Positions 11,208 through 22,862 of a stretch of 64,000 bases of DNA are shown here, in pieces. The position numbers were made by a program, and so were the translations under genes. This DNA comes from Eledone cirrhosa. Its lineage: Eukaryota. Numbering within the stretch: the stretch's first letter is position 1; each line of letters opens with the position of its first letter. The notes under the pieces were generated by a model, which saw nothing but the letters and a program-made list of their open reading frames with translations, searched no databases and was not told where the DNA came from. The stretch covers positions 382,974,001 to 383,038,000 of the forward strand of contig OZ024740.1 in assembly GCA_964016885.1 (NCBI GenBank), written 5' to 3'.

Positions 11208-12317
11208 ATTACAGGCATACTGTGGCACCAACCTCAATGGTACATTCAATTATAGCGACTGCATACATTTGAAATGTCATACAAGATACCACCTACCTAT
11301 TGCCTTAAGTTCATATATTCTGTATACCGAATTGCTTGGGTATACAAAAATATAAAATCAAACACACACATATATATATACATATATATACCACATGGAA
11401 ATTTCTATGCATATATATATATATATATAAGCGTAGACATTTCCATGTGGCATACGTATACTTTCCTTCGTTCTATCATATACCCTCCCAGCCTTTTTCA
11501 CATTTACCTCTCTATCCAGCCATATAGGTTTCTAAGTATTAGATTATATCATAACCATTAATAAGCAATGAGACTTATATATAATTATCATATTAGTATA
11601 CCTCGATGGAAAAAAACAAATGTTTTCGCTTCCATTGTATTTCTCGTTTTTTTTTTCTATTTTGAGTACTCTATTTCGATTTTCTTTCTTCCATTTCCAT
11701 TTTATTCTTTCTTTCTTTCCCATACCTACACACGCTTCTAGTTTCTGAAATCATCGAACAAGAGAAATAACAATCGATGTTGTCAATTAATTCCACTTAG
11801 ACGTAATTGCAATTTAATAACAAATACAGCTATCTTTTCGGCTCCTTAGTTGTTATTGTTCTTTTTTCTCTCCTTTTTATAGTTATCGTTCATCAATCTA
11901 TCAAACAAACGCTACATGACAATGCAGTTATATGGTAAATGGAACAGTTTTTAGTGGAAATAAATAAGAAAACATAAAGAATTAACCAAATATGGGAATA
12001 TGTTTACAAAGAAATATGTTTTTTTCTTTTCTGTTGCAGAAAGGCAGCTTCTTGTTTATTGTAATATAACAGTTCGATTAATTCGAGGCATAATTACGTT
12101 TTGGTATACAAATACACGGTCATAGAAACTTACACGCGATTAAGATCGAAGTTTGTATAAAAAAATATGTGCAATATAGTGAGAATAATATTAACTTACT
12201 CATAAATGGCAATACTATAGACGTATATAAACATTCAAATATTACTGATTACACTGCACAGACAGAATAACATGCCATTATGCATTTGTAATCTTCATCA
12301 GATATACGAATCTATAT

Positions 12318-12493
12318 TTGTTTCTACTTTAGACACAAGGCCAGCAATTACCCAGTTCATTACTGGTACTATATTTCATCGACCCCGTAAGGATGAAAGG
12401 AAAAGTCAACCTCGGCGGGATTTGAACTCAGATCGTAAAGGGACGTAACTATGCTGGAAAGCATGGCGTCCGACCCTCTACCGATACTGCCAA
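12318..12493 (-). mobile_element. tRNA-derived SINE
   Basis: B-box GAGTTCAAATCCC, body TTTCATCCTTACGGGGTCGA, tail TGGCCTTGTG..AGTAGAAACAA on the minus strand. Confidence 0.88.
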
Positions 12494-12562
12494 TGAATCT
12501 ATATTATGACTTTTTATGAACCTATGCATACATTTAAGTCCACACATGTATTTGTTGTGCAT

Positions 12563-12731
12563 TATCGGTAGAGGGTCGGACGCCATGCTTTCCAGCTTAG
12601 TTACGTCCCTTTATGATCTGAGTTCAAATCCCGCCGAGGTTGACTTTGCCTTTCATCCTTACGGGGCCAATAAAATAAAGTACCAGTAATGCACTGGGTG
12701 ATTGCTGGCCTTGTGCCTAAAGTAGAAACAA
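12563..12731 (+). mobile_element. tRNA-derived SINE (inverted partner of 12318-12493)
   Basis: Same family, 5' end slightly truncated. Confidence 0.88.
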
Positions 12732-15502
12732 TTATGTTTATGTACACTTATCTTTAAATATACTACAATGCAGAACACTTTTGAGATAGGTATAATTATA
12801 TTAGTTAGTATTGAAAATACGTTATTAGATATATGATTACAGCTTCTAATTCTTTCGTGACTTTAGACTGTGTATGGTATCTGGCAACCACCTCTTGTTG
12901 AATTAAAAGTAGACCATACTAACATATTCAGGCGGCGAATTGTAAGAGACTTTAGAACATGGGATAGTCCAGGTTGCGTTATTCGGTCCAGTGTTTTGCG
13001 TACTGAGAGCAAATCTCGTTGAGTTCTATTTAGCTTTTCAACCTTCAGATGTCAATGAAAAAGAACCAATCCAATACTGGATCTATTCTTCCTCTGCACA
13101 TATTTCTCACTTTCTCTTTCCTCCCGTCTCTCTCTCTTTTTCTCTTGATCTCACCCTCTCTTTCACTGGAAGAAATTGGCTGTGATCAGGGCTTCAGAGA
13201 GGTATGTTCCACTAGGTATTAAAACCACCCTGACCCCGCACATGTTACTATGGGACCATCTTACATTTTACATATTGATAATAGGGGATGATTTTTTCAA
13301 AAGTATTTCAACATTATTTTGAAGCAGACATCTATTGGTAAGAGATCATTATTGAAAAAAAAACACTGCATTGATATGCCAGCTCAATTGATACATTGAG
13401 TTTCACATATTCTAGAATATTTAGTTTGCGTAAATTCAATATAGGTTCTTTGCGTTTTGAAAAGGTTCCAGGATTAAAGTAGTATTATATACAATGGTTG
13501 TTTCTCCATCATTTTAGAATGTTATTCAGACAAAGGTTATAGCGAAGGTTAAATCACACGTAAATATCATGCATTCATATGGTTCCTGTTCTGCTTTGAA
13601 TAACGAGAAGAAAAATAACGTAGCCTTTTATAAATTCTGTCAGAAATATGTAATGATAAATACATAAAAGATACTATGAACGGTGAAGCTCCCAGACAGA
13701 AGACAATTGCATATAATGTTGGCAATAATTAGATCAGTACCTAAAGATACATATTTCTTTATCTATCAGATTTGGTTTTCCGCAATATTTCCCAGAAACT
13801 ATGAAATAAATACTACTAATATGCATGGTGCTTAGTCAATAGATTACGGCAACGTTGCTCGTTGTAAAACAGATACTGTAACCATAAAAGATACAACTTA
13901 TTGATACGACTTATTGCCCATAGTATAATGTCAATAACTAGACCCGTGTATAGTTTTATAACTCGTATTTGTGCTGTAATTGACTTGTCATATTTCCATT
14001 TAAAGATTGCATTTATTCAGAGTGAAACGCTGTTGAATATTCGTAACTTACAAAAAGATATATATGAAAATATCAACAGGACATATTACTCGACCAAGGT
14101 TGTACAGCATTATGTAATGGCACTGTCAGCTATAATATTTTAAAGATTTCAATATATTATCTACATTACCAATTTGTGAATATATGCGTCAGGATGTGCG
14201 TGGAGATTTGTTCTCATGTTGTTGTCTTAATACAATATGTAGCTCTATCTTATTGATCCAAGCGAATAATTTCAACTGAAAAAAATCATGATGATTTTCA
14301 AATATTAATTTTGTTTTCTAATAATAATAACGCTTCATCCTTTTATGGTTTTATTGTTGTTAATAATTCCAATAAACATCCAATGCAAAATCGTGAAATA
14401 AATTTTGTCCGTATTTCTGCATTTCTACTATTTCAAGTGAATATTTTTTGACATTTTCAATCAAAACCAAAAAATATGTTTAATTGAATTTTTCCAAAAT
14501 CATACGTGCATATAAACAAATACATACATATATACATGAATTTGTGTATGTATTTTAAAATGCGTTTTACTATATATATATAAAGTTTTATTTTTTGTAG
14601 AGTTGAAATTAAAATTAATAAAAGACTCATTTTTATTCATCTTTTCTAACTTCAGTTACGATTCTATTTGACACTAAATTGTTTATTATATGTAAATATA
14701 GATATTATTAGAAGCATGTAAAAAGTACCAGGGAGAATATGTCTTCAAAAGATTCACCTACGCCGAAAATAAATATACATACATAATGATAAAGTGCCAG
14801 TTTCTCATTACATTTAATATGAAAATGGCACACAGCCATATATGTTTTCAATTCACAACTCGTTTTGCTGGAATTCTTATTTTCTGGGCTTTGTATATGA
14901 CATTAGTACTAGCTGGCTCTATAAAAGAAAGACTATTAGTCTGTAATTCTAGTAAATAGGTAATATCTTTGCTTCCAAATTTACCCTTGAGAAATATAGA
15001 ACTCAAATTCTAATAAAATTGTTGTGAGCGTTGGAACAAAATGCGCACATCATTTCAATCTCCGACCTAGTTTCCATTTTTCTTCTTATACTCCGAGAAG
15101 CAGACATGTTACAATATTAAACATCCTTTCTTCTAGCATTTTTTTAGTTATAGAAGAGTTATATATTTAGACAAGAATATGGACTTAACCCATTGTAAAC
15201 AATATTCATATGGCCGTCATAATTCACACACATATTAATTGATCATACAGAGAATCACCCGTTACTGCAACGAAAGATAGACATAGCTTTTCAGTCGGTT
15301 TTTACGAATAGTTTAGTGCATCCATATAGCTTTTGTTACGGCAAATATGTTTATATTACTTATATGTATAAAACAGTTATGATAAAACATTTAAACTACA
15401 GGAGAGTTTAATAATATATAATGATAATTCCTAGAACATTCGTGATATCTTTTATTGTTTGACACAATATATTAAAAAAACACCCAAATACGGAGAGATG
15501 AA

Positions 15503-15504
<2 letters not shown>

Positions 15505-15597
<93 letters not shown>
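15505..15597. repeat. (TA)n(GA)n compound microsatellite
   Basis: Direct inspection. Confidence 0.95.
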
Positions 15598-15601
<4 letters not shown>

Positions 15602-15895
15602 GTGAGATCAAATAATCATAAATGTCTTACACATAGTTTCGAAACATGTTGCGATCTTCTGTCTACAGCTATAATTTTGTTGAAAAAGATGAATCAGTAT
15701 GGATGACACTACTGTAGTTTATTCTTCCGCTATTACTCTGTATAACTACACAGTCTGATTTTGTGAGTGTATCGAACGCGCTTGTTATGTGTATAATTCA
15801 GACTTTCATTTATTTTACTGCTTTCAATCACTCGTCATTTTCTGCGAAATAGTTAATGATGTGGTCGATTATGTTTGATGTATTTTCATTATATT

Positions 15896-16079
15896 TGGAT
15901 TGGCTGTATCGGTAGAGGGTCTGACGCCATGCTTTGCAGCAACGAGTTACGGTCCCTTATGGTCTGAGTTCAAATCCCGCCGAGGTTAACTTTGCCTTTA
16001 ATCCTTACGGGGTCGATGAAATAAAGTACCAGTAATACACTGGGATAATTGCTGGCCTTGTGTCAAAAGTAGAAACAAT
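15896..16079 (+). mobile_element. tRNA-derived SINE
   Basis: TGGATTGGC..TCGGTAGAG A-box region, GAGTTCAAATCCCGCCGAGG B-box, and the family tail. Confidence 0.88.
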
Positions 16080-17056
16080 TATATTAAACAGTACGACAAA
16101 AATCAACTTTATCCTGACGGGATTTGAACTCGAAAATGAATGGAACGAATCCTGACGTTTTCCAAATTAGTCCATATTCTACCATTCTTTTCTGTCTACC
16201 GTTATTGCTACTTAATCTTCTGTAGTACTATATTTGTGGTGCTGATCATAGTCACATTCCTTTGCTGTTTATCTTGCAATTAATCATTTTCTTTTGTTGG
16301 TCTGCTATGTTTAGCTGTCTTTTAGACGTAGACGATATGTTTTCGTAGTCAGACCATCCATCATTTACTATGCTGTTTCTTTTATGGTTTTCCCCTTTCT
16401 GACAATCATTACTTCCTTAATTCTTACCCATTATTTATTGTATCTCGACTTCACTTTCATTCGTCATTTTTTTTAAAAATCACTCTCTCTCTCTCTCTCT
16501 TTCTCTCTCGTTCTCTCTCTCCTTCAGACACATTCTCTCTATCTCTCGTTATCTCACTTTCTCCCCGAGGATATTTATCTCAATATTTCCCTGCTGTTGA
16601 AAGAACCTAGGAGACAGAATAACAAAGCACCATGCAAAGTCGTTTATTGTATGTCTATACTCAAATAAGTCACTCTAGGTTCAAATCCCACAGTTGTTAA
16701 CATTACATTCTATGTAAAAATAGCTCCATTTTATTTATTTCAAAAAAACAGTGAAATTTGTTTTCCCGAGAAGGAGTAAGTACCAGTAAAGTACTGGGAT
16801 TGATATTATCGGCTACACATTTGCAACAAAATGCCTGGCTTTGTTCCTAAATCAGGAAACCTATATTTCCAATTACATTAGACACTGGCTATCTCTCATC
16901 TAACAAGCACATATCATTTTTATGATTATAATATTCCTACTCTGGTCTACAAATACATATGTATGCATAACAAATAAATATAGAAATGATATCATGAATA
17001 TAAATGTATATATATTCATAACCGCACACATGCAAACACACACGCACGCACACGAG

Positions 17057-17089
<33 letters not shown>

Positions 17090-17319
17090 GTGTGTGTGTG
17101 TGTGTGTACGCATCTTTGTATGTGTGTACGTGTGTGTGTTTGTGTCCGCCAGGTTGATAATACTTGTAAACACTTCATACTTTAAGAATAGCCACTTACA
17201 GACAAGGTCATTGTTATTATCTTAAATATATATTTTACTGTAACACACACACCCACACACTCACACATACACACACACACACAGACGCACACACAAACAC
17301 ACAAAATAACACACACACA

Positions 17320-18085
17320 TATGTAGAGGCGCAGTGCGGTTTTAGAGCTGAGAGATCAACGATCGATATGATATTCAGTCTGAGGTAGTTGCAAGAGAGG
17401 TGCCGCGAGCAGAGACGCTCACTGTACACCGGCTTCATTGACCTGACCAAAGGGTTCAATTTTATCAGCAGGACAGGCCTGTTTATACTCCTGCAAATAA
17501 TTGGATGTCCTCCCAATCTCCCGAGGATGATCACATCCCTTCATGAGGACATGAAAGGCACCGTCTAGCACGATGACTTCTTCTAGGATCGCTTCCCCAT
17601 CAAATAGGGTTGTGTCTTCGCCGCGACACGTTTAGGCATCCTGTTCTCCCTGCTGCTGCGCTATGCCTTTGGTGAATCCGAAGAGAGCGTCTACCTTCAC
17701 ACTAGAAGCGACGGCAGCCTGTGCAACCACGCACGTATCCGTGCAAATACGAAGGTACGAAAAGTCCTCATTCGTGACATGCTGTTTTCTGACGATGCGA
17801 CCCTGATGACACACACCGAGTCTGCCCTCCAAGAGCACATCAGCCGTTTCTTTCTTGCCTGCAAAGTTGGCGGTATCAAAAAGACCCAAATCATGGGCCA
17901 AGATATCAGTTCGTATCCCTGCATCTACATCGGTGACTGTACTTCGAAGTGGTGTAAGATTCCACATATGGCACCATCTCCAGCAGCAGCCTCTGGCTGG
18001 TCATCGAGCTGAACTCAGGTATCGGCAAAGCATCAGCAGCAATTGCTCATCTGTCAAAGAGTGTGTGGGAAAACTCCATGACCCT
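17320..18085 (+). mobile_element. Decayed RTE/BovB-like LINE reverse transcriptase fragment
   Basis: Pieces in several frames: EAQCGFRAERSTIDMIFSLR.LQERCREQ, FIDLTKGF, GCPP, GCVFA and IRDMLFSDDATL. Confidence 0.85.
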
Positions 18086-18362
18086 AGCTTTAACTGAGGA
18101 ATACGCACTATCTCTAAAACATCTACTTTATAAGATGAAATAAAATGTCAACAAAAAAAAAAAAGGAATGATCAAGAAGATGAGTATAAATCAACCAATA
18201 GGATTGAATGGACATCCTCCAAATAGTCTTTGCTAGATAGTTAAAACCGAATCCATATATCAACTGGGCGAAGGATGATCAACATCAAAACCTGCCCGAA
18301 ATATATATAACAGCAACAAAATAATGATAATATGATGGAAGATACATGCACACTGAGTTTTC

Positions 18363-18397
<35 letters not shown>

Positions 18398-19110
18398 CCA
18401 AAATTAAATTAAGAGGGTCATGTCAGAGAGACATGCGCCATGTCCATTGTAGAGTATGCTCCAAGATTCCAATGAATAGATCCGAGCATTTTATATCAAC
18501 TAGAAATTGATTGACATATATATATATCTAAAATAAACATATGAAACAATCACAGTGAATAATTTGTAAAAGTGTGTAAGCACACATAGCTAGGTAGGAA
18601 ACTATTTAAAGTTTAACTAGAACTTTAAATATAGATACCTTATGAATTGATTAATCTTCCTTGTATATATTTCATTAAAGAAATATATTTCACCATCAAT
18701 CGATCGGTAAACCACAATAGCCAAATATGGATTTTCAACAAGGAAGGAGTTTTAACTATCTGTATTTACACACCAAATTCAAATCTGCGAATGACTAGCA
18801 GCACGTGTTTCATTTTTTAAAAGTAAACATCGTACCAGCTTCATCCCAGTGGCGTAAATAGGGTTATCGACAACTAGAAATAGCAGCCGAATCCTTTCAA
18901 TTGAGTTAGCTCTACAATTAAGGGGCCGTATATATATCCCAAATTAAATTAAGGGTTTCATGTCAGAGAGACATGCGCCATATCCACTGTAGAATATGCT
19001 CCAATGAATAGATCCGAGCATTTTATATCAAGTAGAACTTGATTGAAATTATTCCCTGTGATTCTTCCCTGTGATTGTTTCATATGTTTATTTTAGATAT
19101 ATATATCTCA
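18398..19110. repeat. Local ~120-bp direct repeat plus an inverted ~50-bp segment next to (TA)n tracts
   Basis: 18398-18515 resembles 18939-19046, and 18519-18566 is the reverse complement of parts of 19047-19105. Confidence 0.75.
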
Positions 19111-20531
19111 ATCAAGTGATATATATGTATAGAGAGAGAGAGAGGAAAATGCGAAGAGTCCTTTTAAGGCCGTGATATATATTTCAATGATGATACTTGC
19201 CACTTGATTATTTAAACAATATTTGTGTATCCTGAGATAGCAATATTGAGTAAATGTTTACGCTTCCGAGGCTATTTTGCTGTCTGATAAAATCAAGATA
19301 TTAAAGTCATGATATTAATAGTCAAGTGAGCAAGATCGTCATTGAAATATGTAACAATGCCTTATTAATAAAGTACTCTCTATCATATACAACTTCGCAT
19401 TTACCTCATTCCAATTATACTCCACTATCCTTATTTTGAAGAAGTAAGAAGTAACACGGAGTACGGAGTTATTCAGGAGTAGTCAGCTAATGTAATAAAT
19501 AAGTGTATATATATATATATATATACACTTATTTATTACATGAGCTGACTACTCCTGTAGAACTCCGTACACACAACCTTTTCATCAGGAATGCAAAACA
19601 CGCGATACGGCATTTGAAGTAGATGTCAGCTCGATCCAACCGAACCAAGAGCAGATTTTTAAAATGTATGTGGAAATGTAAGAGAATCATGAAAATGAAA
19701 ATCGTTTCTTTAACCATAAAACTACCTGTAGGCAGGCGGAAAAGAAAGAACAACACCAAACGTACAAGCCATGTGTGTACTCTCAAGGATCATGACAGAT
19801 TTCCCCATTAACTAGGGCATTCAAATAGAACGAAGTCGTTTAATTTTTTGCACAAACGAGAGATGGAACATTCTTAATAGGCTACATGATATCAGCAATA
19901 ATTGCTTTGAATACAATAGCAGATTTCTTTCCTCGGTTCCTTCTCATATCCAAATATATTATAACAAACTGGAAATATCCGGACTAAATGTCACACCACC
20001 ATCCCACCAAGAGAGAACAGAATCCACTCTTTAGCATTTTCACCTCTCTACAGGAAGACTCGTCTCTTGAATATTGAGAAAACAAACTTTTCTTATTAAC
20101 ATCCAAAAGCCATCTAAGAGTCCTATTTATATGTATTTCCCCCACTTCCTATACACCTCTTCTTGTCTTAGCTCTCTCTTTATATACTTTTCAAGATAAT
20201 TTAAAAAAAAATACACTATAATATCAAAGTTAGCACTACCTGAAATCGGTAGTGTAAAATATTACTCCCTTCTTTTTTAAAACCTAATTATTTCACCTCT
20301 CCCTAGAGCTCTCCTATCAAAGAGTGAACGAACACAGCCATTCCAAAATGGCGTGACTGAAGATTTGACAGTGTCAATTTAGAAAATGTTAATATACCTA
20401 GAGCAAGCAAGTTCATATATCTGCAAACATGATCTGTTGACGTAATAAGCATATGTATAACACAACGCTTCTGCTTCCCTCCTATTAAGTGCTCGTCCAG
20501 CTTCGGATATTTACAACGAAAGTTAGATACA

Positions 20532-20584
<53 letters not shown>

Positions 20585-20804
20585 CATTTTTTCGTTGATG
20601 AAAGTTGGTTGATCAAATAATCTACCAACGTTTTTTCGTAAACAGATGTAAGGCACTCAAAGATTTGTATTCCGTATTGTTGTCTCTGTAACGTATCATC
20701 TTGAGCTTTTATATAATAAGAGAGACATTTTGATACTTACATCTAAGAATTATGTAATAAAATGAAGATGTACGAATAAAACCGTCTCTCTTATTTATTA
20801 TATC

Positions 20805-20850
20805 TAAATATATATATACATATATATATATAAATATATATATATATGTG

Positions 20851-20940
<90 letters not shown>
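20805..20940. repeat. (TA)n microsatellite
   Basis: Direct inspection. Confidence 0.95.
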
Positions 20941-20943
<3 letters not shown>

Positions 20944-21219
20944 GAAAGATTAATACAGTCTCGTTAAGTGCCCCTAAAATGAATAATATAAACTGATGCA
21001 CATGCAAGATAACGTCTTAATGTATACGTAGAGACTGCATTTACATACTATTGAAAGAAATATATATTTTCTCACCATTAGATATCAGATATCGTGTAAA
21101 CTTATACTCGTCTATGAGAGAATGATTTATATGTAATGTTTCTGTATATTGCTGTTAGCCGTTGATTCATAATTTAATACTATTATTGAATCTTTTCAAC
21201 AATATTCTATCTTCAACAG

Positions 21220-21462
21220 CTGCTTACGAGAAACTCTTCCATCGACTGCCAAACCACGTGGTATCGTTACAACATAACCTGAAAATACCAGGTGTCAGCG
21301 TTGAAGAGTGTGCACGACGCTGTATTTTGGAGACAAGATTTAATTGTCGGGGCTTTGATTATGAACGTAAATTGAAAAACTGCTGGTTAACTGAAGCCAC
21401 ACCCGAAAGCGTAAAAGGGGTGCAAGTATTTGCTAACGCTGATTATTACGAACGAATTCCAG
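21220..21462 (+). CDS. Internal exon encoding a PAN/apple domain (host gene; other exons not identified)
   Basis: Acceptor ...TCTTCAACAG| and donor CAG|GTATGG. 243 nt, phase 1-1, open frame: AYEKLF...SVEECARRCILETRFNCRGFDYERKLKNCWL...ADYYER, which fits the PAN pattern C-x3-C...C-x-x-F-x-Y...C...DYYE. Confidence 0.9.
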
Positions 21463-21806
21463 GTATGGTTATTTTCTCAATATTTGTTAATCTATTTTGC
21501 ATTCTATGTGTCAGTATGTCTGAAATGCCTCACACATATACACACACCACATACGCACACACAAACACATACATTTACACACAAACAAATACAGCGTTTT
21601 TTTTGTTGGAATAAAAAAAGTATTAAGTATTATTAAATTATAATTAACTATTATTATATCGTACTTAAATGTTTCGCGTAAATCAGAAGCTGTACTCCTT
21701 TACACATTAGAATATTTAGAAACGCTCTCCCTTCCTGGGTGCCATCAATATTCAAGCGGTCCTTTCGCTTCTCAACCGGTACGTTTCGCTATACAATATC
21801 AAATAA

Positions 21807-21990
21807 TTGTTTCTACGTTTGGCACAATGCCAGCAATTAACCAGTGCATTACTGGTACATTATTTTATCGACCCCGTAAGGATGAAAGGCAAAGTCAACC
21901 TCGGCGGGATTTGAACTCAGAATGGCAAGGGACGTAACTATGCTGGAAAGCATGGCGTCTGACCCTCTACCGATACTGCCAACCCACCAC
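21807..21990 (-). mobile_element. tRNA-derived SINE
   Basis: Same family as 12318 and 15896. Confidence 0.88.
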
Positions 21991-22599
21991 CCTTATCCAT
22001 CGCCAATATCAAATAATGACTTTATATTTCTTAGTGTCCGTTTCGTTCTCCCCTCTCTCTCTCTGAACGAGGAAATATGTTTCAACAATAACAAGCAAAC
22101 AAATATTGCTCCATTGTATAACTGATACGTTTTACTTAATCCTGTCTAATTTTGGACTTGTGGTGAATGAGTGAGACATTTTAAATTCTAGGCTGGAGCA
22201 GTTTCACTTTTTATTGTAATATTTTTGAAATACGTTTAAGTAGTCCAGGGAAGAGTAATGGTGTCACTTCTATAATAATAGCCAACACAATGGTCCCACT
22301 AGCTAAAACCACTTATGAGATTTTATATGTACGTTAAGAAATGGATAGTGACATTTATGGATGTCTAAATGAGACTCGATTAACACATATTTAAAACCCT
22401 GTATAGGTTACGTTTGTTTAATTTCCTGCTGCCTACATAGTCCTATATTTTCACAGGTCAGCAATGATGAGTAATCAGATTAATTCCTAGACATATATTT
22501 ATATAACCGTTCCATGTTCATATAGGGGCGAATACGTTGTTTAAATCATAAAATGTTAGTCTAGTCAGAGCTAATATTTTGTCTACATTTGTCTCGAGC

Positions 22600-22862
22600 C
22601 CGGAAGCTCATATGGCCGACGACGATTATCATGGTTTGCGTGGTCTAAATTGACTCAGAGTAGAATATCACATCCCCCAGAGCAGGACGCCTTTCCATTG
22701 CAGGGTTAAACCACCACATATAACCTGTACTCATGTTCAGCTGAGTGCACTGGAGCAATGTGAAATGAAGGGCCTTGCTCAAGAGTGGAAAACACAACCC
22801 AGTCCAGGAATCGAAAACACGATGTTATAATCGTAAATCAAAGACCCTAACCTCTAGTCCAT
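22600..22862 (-). mobile_element. Older tRNA-derived CORE-type SINE
   Basis: Minus strand has a tRNA-like head (..TAGAGGTTAGG..TTCGATTCC) followed by CTTGAGCAAG..CTTCATTTC..GCTCCAGT..CACTCAGCTG, resembling the CORE domain. Confidence 0.6.

Noticed and set aside
14843-14951. Possible signal-peptide exon MFSIHNSFCWNSYFWALYMTLVLAGS... ending at a phase-1 TA|GTAAAT, compatible with the PAN exon
   Set aside because: The donor is weak, the hydrophobic core is short, and such ORFs arise by chance in AT-rich DNA. It needs RNA evidence.
19570-19600. CTGATGA on the minus strand as another hammerhead
   Set aside because: No stem II or GAAA box follows.
20212-20255. TACAC...GAAATCGGTA-GTGTA resembling a hammerhead after a decayed ...KLEISGLN Penelope-like end
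   Set aside because: The 5' core is unrecognisable (TATAATA). Too degenerate to call.
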